In this document: one piece after another, positions 1 to 9,285 of the stretch | Numbering within the stretch: position 1 is the first letter of the stretch | Layout of the letters: every line of letters starts with the position of its first letter | Assembly (NCBI GenBank): GCA_963729895.1 | Contig: CAVSQB010000003.1 | Span: 32,001 to 96,000 of the forward strand | DNA: 64,000 nucleotides | DNA from: an uncultured Fibrobacterota bacterium | GTDB taxonomy: Bacteria; Fibrobacterota; Chitinivibrionia; Chitinivibrionales; FEN-1185 | Direction: 5' to 3' | Translations under genes and position numbers: made by a program | Notes under the pieces: generated by a model | Told to the model about the DNA's origin: nothing | What the model saw: the letters and a program-made list of their open reading frames with translations, nothing else | Databases searched by the model: none

Positions 1-286
1 GTTTTGATTTCTTCTGCTCTTCGAGCCCCTGGCGTAGTTGCTCCTCGTTGATGAGCCCCTGATCGATGAGCGCCTCGCCGATTCGTTTGCGCTGGTCAAG
101 CTGAATCTGGGCGCCAAGCATGCTCGTGAGGTCGTCGTCGGTGATGTACCCGAGGTTCACGAGCACAGTGCCGATGCTCACGCCCGTGCGTTTGTGCACC
201 TGCAAGGCCTCCACCAGCTGTTCGTTGGTGATGAGCCCTTGGGCGACGAGAATTTCGCCGATTTTCTTGCGACGTCTCTGCATCAT
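1..286 (-). CDS. PilB/GspE/MshE-type secretion/pilus ATPase, N-terminal MshEN region (partial, runs off window)
   Basis: Manual translation MMQRRRKKIGEILVAQGLITNEQLVEALQVHKRTGVSIGTVLVNLGYIT...RKRIGEALIDQGLINEEQLRQGLEEQKK shows repeated (R/K)IGxxLxxxGLI MshEN motifs. Confidence 0.8.
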   Translation of the reverse strand, partial: MMQRRRKKIGEILVAQGLITNEQLVEALQVHKRTGVSIGTVLVNLGYITDDDLTSMLGAQIQLDQRKRIGEALIDQGLINEEQLRQGLEEQKKSK

Positions 287-351
287 AGCGGTTAAAAATA
301 CATTACCTGGATTAGAGTGGGTATGATGTTAAACTAAAACCGGCAAATCTA

Positions 352-1380
352 TTATAGCAAGCCCTTTCGGAGGTGGTCCCAGCCGCCCGGCCCGAGGTTC
401 GTTGCGGGTCCGTCCGCACGGCGCAGGCGCACGCCCCGCAGCAACCGGGAAAACGTCCCGATCCGGGAGATGGGAACGCCGTAATCGGCGAACGCGGCGG
501 GATCAAACGCCGGTGCAGCGGCGAACATGAGCTCGTAATCTTCGCCGCCGTGCAGGAACCATTCGAGCCGGTCCTTTCCGAGTCTCCCGGCGAGCAGTCT
601 GACGGTCGGAGAAACGCACGCCGGACCGACCGCAAGATCGATGCCGAGGTTGTTCTCGTACGCCAGCGTGCGGCACTCCTTTGCCACGCCATCCGATATG
701 TCAATAAACGCATGGACGCGCGGCTCACGGGCAAGGGCACGACCCAGTTCAATCCGGGGGACCGGCCGCACGTGGCGCGCCGCAAGGGACCGATACGCCG
801 GCGGGGCCCCGCGCCGCCCCCATTTCCGAAGCGCGGCGAGTCCCGCCGCCGCCTCGCCGGGGTTGCCGGTAACCCACAGGCCGTCGCCATGACGGGCGCC
901 TGTGCGCAACAGGACGCGGCTTCTTTCCATCCTCCCGAGCAAGGTGATGTCGATTATCCAACATGGGCCCCTGGACAGGTTGCCGCCGGTGATGGGAAAT
1001 TCCCATCGCCTGCACGCCGTGCCCATGCCCGTGTACAACCGCTTCACGTCCGCCGTGACTTTGGCCGCGCCTTGCTTTTGCGGAAATATGATTTGGACAA
1101 GCGCGCAGTCCGGCAGCGCGGCCATTGCCGCGCAGTCGCTCAGGTTGACCGCCATGGCCTTGTAGCCGACATCCTCAAGCGTCATGTACTTCAGGCTGAA
1201 GTGAACATCCTGGACAAAAGAGTCGGCCGTGAGAACGAGCTTTTCCCCGGCCCCGCATATGCGGACCGCGGCATCATCGCCGATGGGCAGAGGGTAGCGG
1301 CGGGTCTTCCGATAATTCAGCAGAGGCTTGAGAGAGTTCAAAAGCTTGTATTCGGACGAGGGAAAGGCTTGTGTAGACAT
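352..1380 (-). CDS. thiL: thiamine-monophosphate kinase
   Basis: IGDDAAV, AVNLSDCAAM, IDISDG, GGEDYEL and GWDH motifs. Confidence 0.95.
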   Translation of the reverse strand: MSTQAFPSSEYKLLNSLKPLLNYRKTRRYPLPIGDDAAVRICGAGEKLVLTADSFVQDVHFSLKYMTLEDVGYKAMAVNLSDCAAMAALPDCALVQIIFPQKQGAAKVTADVKRLYTGMGTACRRWEFPITGGNLSRGPCWIIDITLLGRMERSRVLLRTGARHGDGLWVTGNPGEAAAGLAALRKWGRRGAPPAYRSLAARHVRPVPRIELGRALAREPRVHAFIDISDGVAKECRTLAYENNLGIDLAVGPACVSPTVRLLAGRLGKDRLEWFLHGGEDYELMFAAAPAFDPAAFADYGVPISRIGTFSRLLRGVRLRRADGPATNLGPGGWDHLRKGLL

Positions 1381-1638
1381 GTGTGGACCTCGTTGGAAAA
1401 TAATCACGCAACGTCGGGATGGGTCAAGATAAATTTGCCGGAAGGCGAATAATCCGGCGAACGAATGCCGAGACGGTTTATTGACGGTGCGAGAAGGAGA
1501 TACTCCGGAGTGTTCGATACGGCGCGGTCAGGACGGAATTGGCCGCACCCGTAGGACGAGGAAGATTGTTTCCAGGTATTCCTGGCAACAGAACCTGTTT
1601 CTTTTCGTATATTTATGGAAGTCCATGAAAGGGGCATT

Positions 1639-3516
1639 ATGAAAAATCAAAGCATGATCGTGCCGGCCGCTCTCCTCTTCACAATTGGCGCTCACGCCGC
1701 GGCCGTGAACGTTGCCATTTCGGTAAACACGGCGCAAAACCGGCATCAGATCAGCCCTTATATTTATGGCTCGAACCAGAGTCTCACCGGCACCGAAAAT
1801 TTCACTATGAGAAGGCAGGGCGGAAACCGGCTCACAGGATACAACTGGGAAAACAACGCCTCCAATGCAGGAACCGACTGGAACAATTCAAGTGACGACT
1901 ACATGACCTCTGCCATGGGAATTTCCGCTGCTCAAGCCAACGTCCCGGGAATATCCGTCACCGCGTTCATAGATTCATGCATCAGGGAAGGCGCGTACCC
2001 TTTGATAACCCTTCAGATGGCGGGATTTGTCGCACGTGACAAGAACGGGACCGTTGCTGCGAGCGAGACGGCGCCGTCTCCCCGGTGGCGCCGCGTGGTG
2101 CCCAAAAAGCCTTCGGCATTTGCCGCCGTGCCCGACACCGCGGATACCGCTGTCTACATGGACGAATTCCTGAATTTCTTGAAAACAAAATATGGCGCGG
2201 TATCGTTTCCGTGGTTCGGCGGCTGTGACCTGGACAACGAACCAGCGCTGTGGCCCTTTACGCACCCGCGCATTCACCCCGATACGCCCACCTGTCAGGA
2301 GCTTGTCACCAAGTCCATTGTGCTCGCCGCCGCGGCGAAAGCCGTTGATTCGACGCGCGAAGTTTTCGGCCCGGTGGCGTTTGGGTTTTCGGAATTGGAC
2401 AATTTCAACGGCGCAAGCGACTGGAATTCCGTAAAAGGAAACTCGGCGTGGTTCGTGGACTGGTACCTCGACAAGATGAGCCAGGCATCCCAGGCAGCAG
2501 GCAAACGGCTCCTTGACGTATTGGATTTCCACTGGTATTCGGAGGCCACGGGCAACGGCATCCGCATCACCGACAACCAGCCGTCGGCAGACAGCCCGCC
2601 CGTCGCGCAGGCGCGCATCCAGGCCCCGCGCACGCTGTGGGACAAAAACTACGTGGAAAACAGCTGGATCGGCCAGTGGTTCTCCGCTTTTCTGCCGCTG
2701 GTCCCCCGGCTAAGCCAATCCATAGCGGCGCATTATCCGGGAACAAAGATTTCAATTTCCGAATATAATTATGGCGGCGAAGACCATGTTTCGGGCGGTA
2801 TCGCCATGTCCGACGTGCTCGGCATTTACGGGAAGTACGGCGTGGATTATGCCTGTTACTGGCAGATGTACACCGTGACTAATTTTACCTCAGCCGCGTT
2901 CAAGCTGTACCGGAACTATAACGGCAGCAACGCGACGTTCGGATCAACCTCCGTTCAGGCGTCGACATCGGACTCGGTGCATTCGTCCGTTTATGCCTCG
3001 GTCACGGCAGCCGGCGACAATGAACTGCATCTGATCGTCATCAACAAGCAGTACGACACCACCATGAACGCGTCCATTGCGATAACCTCGGGCCTCGCCT
3101 ACAACAGCGTCCGCGTGTGGGGTTTCGATTCCGCTTCGTCTACCATCACCGAACGGCTGCCTGCCCCGGCAATTGCAAACAACTCGGTTACGCTTTCGGT
3201 GCCGCCGCTGTCCGTCTACCACATGGTCCTGACGTCTCCGAGTTCCGTGATCCTGCATGCCGGCGCAGGCCGTGCCGCCGCACCCCCGCAGATACGGGTC
3301 ATGGCGGCGGGAAGGCCCCTTGTCTGCTACGATCTTGCACCGGCATTTTCTTTTCGCCTCGACCTGTATTCTCTGGACGGCCGGCTGTTGCTACGCAGAG
3401 TCAATCTGACGGGAAAAGGCGCGATTGATATTTCGAACATCCATGAAAAATGCGTGGCGAGCGTGCTCACATCCGGGTGGGGAACGCAGCGGGGACGGTT
3501 GCTTATTGCGCAGTAG
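1639..3516 (+). CDS. secreted glycoside hydrolase family 44 (endoglucanase/xyloglucanase) with C-terminal sorting-like domain
   Basis: Signal peptide; ISPYIYG, RQGGNRLTGYNWENNASNAG, LDNEPALW, RLLDVLDFHWY, ISEYNYGG; C-terminal LDLYSLDGRLL. Confidence 0.9.
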   Translation: MKNQSMIVPAALLFTIGAHAAAVNVAISVNTAQNRHQISPYIYGSNQSLTGTENFTMRRQGGNRLTGYNWENNASNAGTDWNNSSDDYMTSAMGISAAQANVPGISVTAFIDSCIREGAYPLITLQMAGFVARDKNGTVAASETAPSPRWRRVVPKKPSAFAAVPDTADTAVYMDEFLNFLKTKYGAVSFPWFGGCDLDNEPALWPFTHPRIHPDTPTCQELVTKSIVLAAAAKAVDSTREVFGPVAFGFSELDNFNGASDWNSVKGNSAWFVDWYLDKMSQASQAAGKRLLDVLDFHWYSEATGNGIRITDNQPSADSPPVAQARIQAPRTLWDKNYVENSWIGQWFSAFLPLVPRLSQSIAAHYPGTKISISEYNYGGEDHVSGGIAMSDVLGIYGKYGVDYACYWQMYTVTNFTSAAFKLYRNYNGSNATFGSTSVQASTSDSVHSSVYASVTAAGDNELHLIVINKQYDTTMNASIAITSGLAYNSVRVWGFDSASSTITERLPAPAIANNSVTLSVPPLSVYHMVLTSPSSVILHAGAGRAAAPPQIRVMAAGRPLVCYDLAPAFSFRLDLYSLDGRLLLRRVNLTGKGAIDISNIHEKCVASVLTSGWGTQRGRLLIAQ

Positions 3517-3552
3517 CCCTCGGGGATGCCGCAGCTATTTTGACAGGCGAGT

Positions 3553-3771
3553 ATGAATATCTCAGTTGAAACCTTTTCCGGCTATAAAGCGGACGAATAC
3601 CCTCTCAGGATAGTACTGCAAGGGCGCCGGCTCGAGATAATCTCAATTGAAGACCGTTGGTACAGCCCGGAATGCTCCTACTTCAGGGTATTTGCCGATG
3701 ACGGCAATACGTATATCCTGAAACAGATACCGGGGAACAACCAGTGGCAGATGGTCCGACAGGACGGTTGA
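3553..3771 (+). CDS. small conserved hypothetical protein
   Basis: 72 aa ORF with SGYKADEYP...IEDRWYSP...YFRVxADDG pattern. Confidence 0.7.
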   Translation: MNISVETFSGYKADEYPLRIVLQGRRLEIISIEDRWYSPECSYFRVFADDGNTYILKQIPGNNQWQMVRQDG

Positions 3772-3798
3772 TCCTGCCTGCTCTTCGCGATTCGGTAT

Positions 3799-4875
3799 TC
3801 AGCGATTCCCGGACAAGGCGAGTTTTTCAATTTCGCGCGCGCACCTGAGTGCGCCCCCGGAAAGCAACCCCGGGGGGTTTTCCCGTTTTTCCACCAGCCT
3901 GAGCGCGCTTCCCCACTCGAGCCCGTAAAAGTCCTCTTTCGACAGCATGTACCCGTGACCCCACTCGGACACCGCCCGGTGCAAGACCGGGAACTCGGCG
4001 AAATTGTCCCTCGGAAGGTACACGATGGGAAGGCCGCCCAGAAAGCATTCGGCGCAGGTGCCATACCCGAGCTTGCTTATCATCACGTCGGCGGAAGCGA
4101 TGCAGTCCTGGTACCTGAATTCCTTTTTGTCGAGACGATGGTAATTCGCCGGCGGGCCGGGCAGCGCGTAGAGGCCGAAAAACTCCCAGTCGGTAAAACG
4201 TTCCAGGTCTTTCCACGGCATGTCGTTCATGCCGAAGTTGCCCGTGTAAATCATCCCGATCTTTTTGGTCGGAGGAATGTTGTTCTCCCCGATCAGGCGT
4301 GCCCGGACATTGGCGCCAACCCTGCCGACCGGGCCGGTGTCGATCTTGTTCTCAAAGTAAGGCATCTGGTTTGCGGGAAACATCGACAGGAGCAGGCCCG
4401 CCATGGCGTACTGGGTCCCGATTGTGTCGAGGTACGGCGCAAAGTCGGGGCGCCCGGACGCATATTCCTCATAGATGGTGTGCCAGGTAAAATTGGTCGC
4501 CGCCACGGACGGAATTCCCGCCGCGCGCGCCGCATCGAAGGCAAACGGCACAATGTCGCTGGCGATAACCGAAAACCGGTTCTCAACGCACCACGCCGCT
4601 TCCTTGTCGAGAAGCGTCCCGTTGCGATCGGCGATTGCGCGGTAGGAGTCCAGCGTCCTTCCCACGTCCACGGTGACGCCGTCGGTTTGAAAACAGCCGC
4701 AGTCGAATTCCGCCGGCGCGTACGTAAACGGCCTGTGCACCTCCTCGTCAAAAAATTGCCGCGGGACCGTCGTGCGGAAGACGATGTCCGTTCCGGGCGA
4801 AAGAAGGTTGCAGATCGCCGCCGTGCGAGCCGCGTGGCCGTAACCGTGGGACGTTATATAGTAGAGAAGCTTCAT
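3799..4875 (-). CDS. GT-B fold glycosyltransferase-like protein
   Basis: YYITSHGYGHAAR N-terminus; ADVMISKLGYGT and LPRDNFAE C-terminal motifs. Confidence 0.75.
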   Translation of the reverse strand: MKLLYYITSHGYGHAARTAAICNLLSPGTDIVFRTTVPRQFFDEEVHRPFTYAPAEFDCGCFQTDGVTVDVGRTLDSYRAIADRNGTLLDKEAAWCVENRFSVIASDIVPFAFDAARAAGIPSVAATNFTWHTIYEEYASGRPDFAPYLDTIGTQYAMAGLLLSMFPANQMPYFENKIDTGPVGRVGANVRARLIGENNIPPTKKIGMIYTGNFGMNDMPWKDLERFTDWEFFGLYALPGPPANYHRLDKKEFRYQDCIASADVMISKLGYGTCAECFLGGLPIVYLPRDNFAEFPVLHRAVSEWGHGYMLSKEDFYGLEWGSALRLVEKRENPPGLLSGGALRCAREIEKLALSGNR

Positions 4876-5273
4876 TTGAGATCACGTTCTCCGTGCAACC
4901 CTGTAAAATCCCCCCTAACCAACGGAGGGGACACCAAAAGATTTCCTTGCAAAGGCTTCCTCGGGGGATGGAGGGAGCCCAGAGATAGCATCGCGGCAGT
5001 CCACATCGGAGACTGTTCGCGACTTTAAGAATCTACGTTTTTTCAACGTCCGCTTTCAATCAACATTTTTTTTCGCATGAATCTCCCCACATAGTATTTT
5101 GGTACGGCTTTTTCCGCCTGGAATATCACGGCCGCTCTGTTGTTTTGGCCTCCCTCGCAGCGCCTTCACACAGATTTTCCGGTCCAAAGCTTGAAACAAA
5201 AAGCCTGTGATAGTGTCGCTAGGCAATTATTTTATTCACGCATGCATCCGGCATTCGAGGAGATCTGGTACTT

Positions 5274-7358
5274 ATGGCATTCGACACTTCGACGATGCGC
5301 AACATCGGCATCAGCGCCCACATCGACTCGGGCAAAACCACCCTCACCGAGCGGATTCTGTACTACTGCAACAAGATCCACGCCATTCACGAGGTAAAAG
5401 GCAAGGACGGCGTCGGGGCCACCATGGACTCCATGGAACTCGAGCGCGAGCGCGGCATCACCATCGCGTCGGCTGCAACCAACGTCGACTGGCGAAGGCA
5501 CTCCATCAACATCATAGACACGCCCGGGCACGTGGACTTTACCATCGAAGTCGAACGCGCGCTGCGCGTACTCGACGGCGCCGTGCTGGTGCTGTGCTCG
5601 GTGGGAGGAGTGCAGTCGCAGTCGATTACCGTCGACCGCCAGCTCAAGCGGTACAAAGTGCCCAGAGTTGCGTTTATCAACAAATGCGACCGCGCCGGGG
5701 CCAATCCCTACCGCGTCAAGGAGCAGCTGTGCGACAAGCTGGGCCACAATGCCGTACTCATGCAGATTCCCATCGGGCTCGAAGATAAGTTCACCGGCAT
5801 GGTTGACCTCGTCACCATGAAAGCCCTGTATTTCGACGGAGAGCACGGCGAGGACATCAGGCAGGAGGAGATTCCTGCCGACCTTCTCGTCGAAGCCGAG
5901 GCGCGTCGCGTGGAGCTCATCGACGCGGTATCGATGTATTGTGACGACCTTGCCGAAGCCTACCTCGAGGGCAGGGAAACCGAGGAACAGATCCGCACCG
6001 CGGTGCGCAAGGGTGTGCTCTCGCTCGACCTCACCCCCGTGTTCGTGGGAACGGCGTACAAGAACAAAGGCGTGCAGCCGCTGCTCGACGCCGTGGTCGA
6101 CTATCTTCCGTCGCCGACCGACCGGCAGTATTCGGCGCTGGATCTTGACAACAACGAAGCCGAAGTCCCGCTTTCGGCACAGGACGACAAACCCACGGTC
6201 GCCCTGGCGTTCAAACTCGAAGACGGACACTACGGCCAGCTCACCTATATCCGCATCTATCAGGGGTCGCTTAAGAAAAGCGACGAGCTCACCAATAGCC
6301 GCAGCGGCAAGAGCTTCAAGGTGGGCAGGCTTGTCCGCATGCATGCAAGCGACATGGAAGACATACAAACCGCGGGCTGCGGCGACATCGTCGCCCTGTT
6401 CGGCATCGACTGCGCCTCCGGCGACACATTCTCCCAGGGAAGCCTTCACTACTCGCTTACTTCAATGTTCGTTCCCGATCCCGTTATTTCCCTCGCCATA
6501 AAGCCGAAAGACAAAAAATCGGCCGACAACATGTCCAAGGCGCTCAACCGCTTCTGCAAAGAAGACCCCACCTTCCATTCCTTTGTGGACCCCGAGTCCA
6601 AGGAAACCATCATCCGGGGAATGGGAGAACTGCACCTCGACATTTACATAGAGCGAATGAAGCGCGAGTATAACGTTGAAATCGAAGCCGGCATGCCGCA
6701 GGTTGCGTACCGGGAGTCTATAACCCAGCGGGTGGATTTCGATTACACGCACAAGAAGCAGACCGGCGGTTCGGGCCAGTACGGACGCGTTGCCGGAATC
6801 ATGGAGCCCACGCACGAGCACGAGTACGAGTTCATCGACGAAATTACGGGCGGCGCCATCCCGCGCGAGTTCATTTCGTCGTGCGACAAGGGATTCAAGG
6901 CGTGCCTCGCCAAGGGGACCGTCATCGGCTTCCCTATCGTGGGCGTCAAGATGACCATCAACGACGGGCAGTCGCACCCGGTTGACTCGTCGGACATGGC
7001 ATTCCAGCTCGCCGCCATCGGCGCGTTCCGCCAGGCCTACGAGAAGGCGAGGCCGGAAATTCTGGAACCCATCATGAAAGTGTCCATAGAAGGACCCGCC
7101 GAGTTCCAGGGCAACGCACTGGCCTCCGTCAACCAGCGGCGCGGCATCATCATCAGCACCTCGGAAGACAACACGTTTTCGCGCGTTGACGCCGAGGTAC
7201 CCCTCGCGGAGATGTTCGGCTTTTCAACCATCCTGCGGTCGATTACGCAGGGCAAGGCCAATTTCACCATGGAATTCGCGCGGTACGGCAAAGTGCCGGC
7301 GGGCAAATGCGAGGAACTTGTCAAACAGTATCAGGAGCAGGCGAAAAAACGGGCCTGA
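5274..7358 (+). CDS. fusA: elongation factor G
   Basis: [54 protein letters not shown]. Confidence 0.97.
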   Translation: MAFDTSTMRNIGISAHIDSGKTTLTERILYYCNKIHAIHEVKGKDGVGATMDSMELERERGITIASAATNVDWRRHSINIIDTPGHVDFTIEVERALRVLDGAVLVLCSVGGVQSQSITVDRQLKRYKVPRVAFINKCDRAGANPYRVKEQLCDKLGHNAVLMQIPIGLEDKFTGMVDLVTMKALYFDGEHGEDIRQEEIPADLLVEAEARRVELIDAVSMYCDDLAEAYLEGRETEEQIRTAVRKGVLSLDLTPVFVGTAYKNKGVQPLLDAVVDYLPSPTDRQYSALDLDNNEAEVPLSAQDDKPTVALAFKLEDGHYGQLTYIRIYQGSLKKSDELTNSRSGKSFKVGRLVRMHASDMEDIQTAGCGDIVALFGIDCASGDTFSQGSLHYSLTSMFVPDPVISLAIKPKDKKSADNMSKALNRFCKEDPTFHSFVDPESKETIIRGMGELHLDIYIERMKREYNVEIEAGMPQVAYRESITQRVDFDYTHKKQTGGSGQYGRVAGIMEPTHEHEYEFIDEITGGAIPREFISSCDKGFKACLAKGTVIGFPIVGVKMTINDGQSHPVDSSDMAFQLAAIGAFRQAYEKARPEILEPIMKVSIEGPAEFQGNALASVNQRRGIIISTSEDNTFSRVDAEVPLAEMFGFSTILRSITQGKANFTMEFARYGKVPAGKCEELVKQYQEQAKKRA

Positions 7359-7400
7359 GGCCCTTCGGAAGGGAAAAAAAGCGTCACGGAGGCATACAGC

Positions 7401-8120
7401 ATGATCAGGAAAGAACTCATCAAGAGGAGTCCGCTTCGGATCCTCGAAAAATCAACCCGCGGCGGGGTGGGGAAAGGGAATATCGGCGTGATCGCGGCGC
7501 GTAAAGGCATCGGCAAGACCGCGTGCCTGGTGCACATCGCCACCGACCAGCTGTTTCAGGGAAAGCACGTCATACACCTGTCGTATTCGGGCAACATCGG
7601 CCATATCGTTCAGTGGTACGAGGATATTTTCCAGGAAATCGCGCGGCGCCATAAACTTGATTGCGCCATGGATGTTCATGATGATATAATAAGAAACAGA
7701 ATTGTGATGAATTTCGAGCAGGCGAACGTCACGGTCGCAAAAATAGAGAAAAACATTCGCACGCTCATGGAGAAAGGAAGTTTTTCGGTTGAAACGATTG
7801 TAGTCGACGGTTACAATTTCAACAAAGCAACAGTCGAGGAGTTCAAGGAATTCAGACGCTTCGCGCGCGATAACGGTTTTGAGCTCTGGTTCAGCGCCAC
7901 CCTCAAGGAAGACGCAACCACCAAGGACCGTATCCCCGGGATGCTGTTGCCGTACCTGGACGACGTCGCCATCCTCATCTGTCTTCAGCCGCGGGGGGAT
8001 TTCATCCACCTCAACCTCGCCAAAGACCATGATGCGGTGATGGTGTCCGATATGCACTTGAAGCTCGACCCGCGCATACTCTTGATTGCCGAGGAGAACC
8101 AGGCGGAACGGGCTGTGTAA
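7401..8120 (+). CDS. RecA/KaiC-like P-loop ATPase of unknown function
   Basis: Walker A ARKGIGKT, Walker B IVVDG; GGAG RBS. Confidence 0.75.
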   Translation: MIRKELIKRSPLRILEKSTRGGVGKGNIGVIAARKGIGKTACLVHIATDQLFQGKHVIHLSYSGNIGHIVQWYEDIFQEIARRHKLDCAMDVHDDIIRNRIVMNFEQANVTVAKIEKNIRTLMEKGSFSVETIVVDGYNFNKATVEEFKEFRRFARDNGFELWFSATLKEDATTKDRIPGMLLPYLDDVAILICLQPRGDFIHLNLAKDHDAVMVSDMHLKLDPRILLIAEENQAERAV

Positions 8121-8125
8121 GCTGA

Positions 8126-8914
8126 ATGACGAAACGGGTGATCGTGGCTGCTCGGATCCTACTCATCGCAGTGTGTGCGGCCGTTTCCCTGGCCAGCTCG
8201 GAAACCCCGGGGAAGCGTACGTCCTACGGAATCCCTCTTGCAAAGCTCAGCGTCTCATTTAACGACCAGACCCACCAATTCGAAAAAGTAAAGGTGTCCT
8301 TCGGCAGCTCGGACGACGACGAATCGTATTATGCGCTTATCGCCCCGATCACCGATTTCGAGGTGAAGATCACCAAGGACGGACGCCAGAAGATCGTGCA
8401 CGACGAAGTGCCCGACAAGGCTTTCATGATATCGGCCTTCGAGGCGGACATCATCAACCGGGTGTGCAAGACGTTTGTGCCCACGCTCGAAACATTCGAA
8501 CGCGACCTGCAGCACGAGCGGTGGGACAGGCTCCTGTATCTCGACTCGTTTTTCCCGCGCTTCCTCAAAGGATTTTACTATCTGTATTGCGCGGCCCGGA
8601 ACTCGCCGTACGCGCTGCCGAGAAGCATCTGCATTCCGGATTCCCTGTACGACATTTCCCTCACCTCGCCCAAGTCCGACGAGCGGATCAGGATGTGGCA
8701 GACGCAAAGCAATCAGATCATCAAACTCCGCATCATCTCCAAGGAACTGTCGTATCAGATCAAGGAATGGCAGAAACTGGAACTCGACAACCCGAATCGC
8801 AACCTGGAAATCTCGTACGGAAAGAAATTCGAGGAGGCGTTTACGCTGTTTGTGAAGCTGTATTTCAATCTGCAGCCGCTGCCCGAAGTGCCGCCTGAAG
8901 GGCAACACCTTTAG
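8126..8914 (+). CDS. exported hypothetical protein
   Basis: Signal-peptide-like N-terminus; 5 nt after the ATPase gene. Confidence 0.7.
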   Translation: MTKRVIVAARILLIAVCAAVSLASSETPGKRTSYGIPLAKLSVSFNDQTHQFEKVKVSFGSSDDDESYYALIAPITDFEVKITKDGRQKIVHDEVPDKAFMISAFEADIINRVCKTFVPTLETFERDLQHERWDRLLYLDSFFPRFLKGFYYLYCAARNSPYALPRSICIPDSLYDISLTSPKSDERIRMWQTQSNQIIKLRIISKELSYQIKEWQKLELDNPNRNLEISYGKKFEEAFTLFVKLYFNLQPLPEVPPEGQHL

Positions 8915-8968
8915 CCTCTGACAATTTTTGTTTTGGAGGGGAAACCGTTTCGCAATCCGCAAGGAAGA

Positions 8969-9103
8969 TTGGGCGTTCCTCTCGCTACGCTCGGGTCGGT
9001 TCTTCTTCCAGCTCGGCCTGCGGCCTCGTTGCCGTCCGCCCTATGCCTATCGTCTGGGTCGGGCGGCAATGCGCTCCATCGCCCTTCCAGTCGCCCCTAA
9101 CGC
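8969..9103 (+). repeat. structured intergenic repeat, copy A (TTGGGCG...AACGC family)
   Basis: Shares TTGGGCG, GCTCGGCC-N3/4-GGCCTCG and KTGCCG...CGGCAM blocks with 39736-39907 and 45457-45595. Confidence 0.8.
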
Positions 9104-9285
9104 AAAAACAAAATCCCGACTGCCACGCGTTCTCGTTCAACTACCCTTCGCGGGTGCCCCCGCAACACAAGATTGATTCTTGCAACTGCAATTTAAAGGG
9201 GTGCACCCAGGAGAGGGGAGTGCCGGGGACCGGGTGGCCGGCCGAGGCCGGGGGAGATACTTCTCCCCCGAAAGAAGAACACGAT

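Noticed and set aside
38..295. Plus-strand 85-aa ORF and the many long antisense ORFs elsewhere (e.g. 5232..6449, 43737..45089, 53120..54730, 60331..61521)
   Set aside because: Shadow ORFs opposite well-supported genes in GC-rich DNA, with no recognisable motifs
1381..1638. TPP riboswitch upstream of thiL
   Set aside because: No CTGAGA/ACCTG core recognisable on the minus strand
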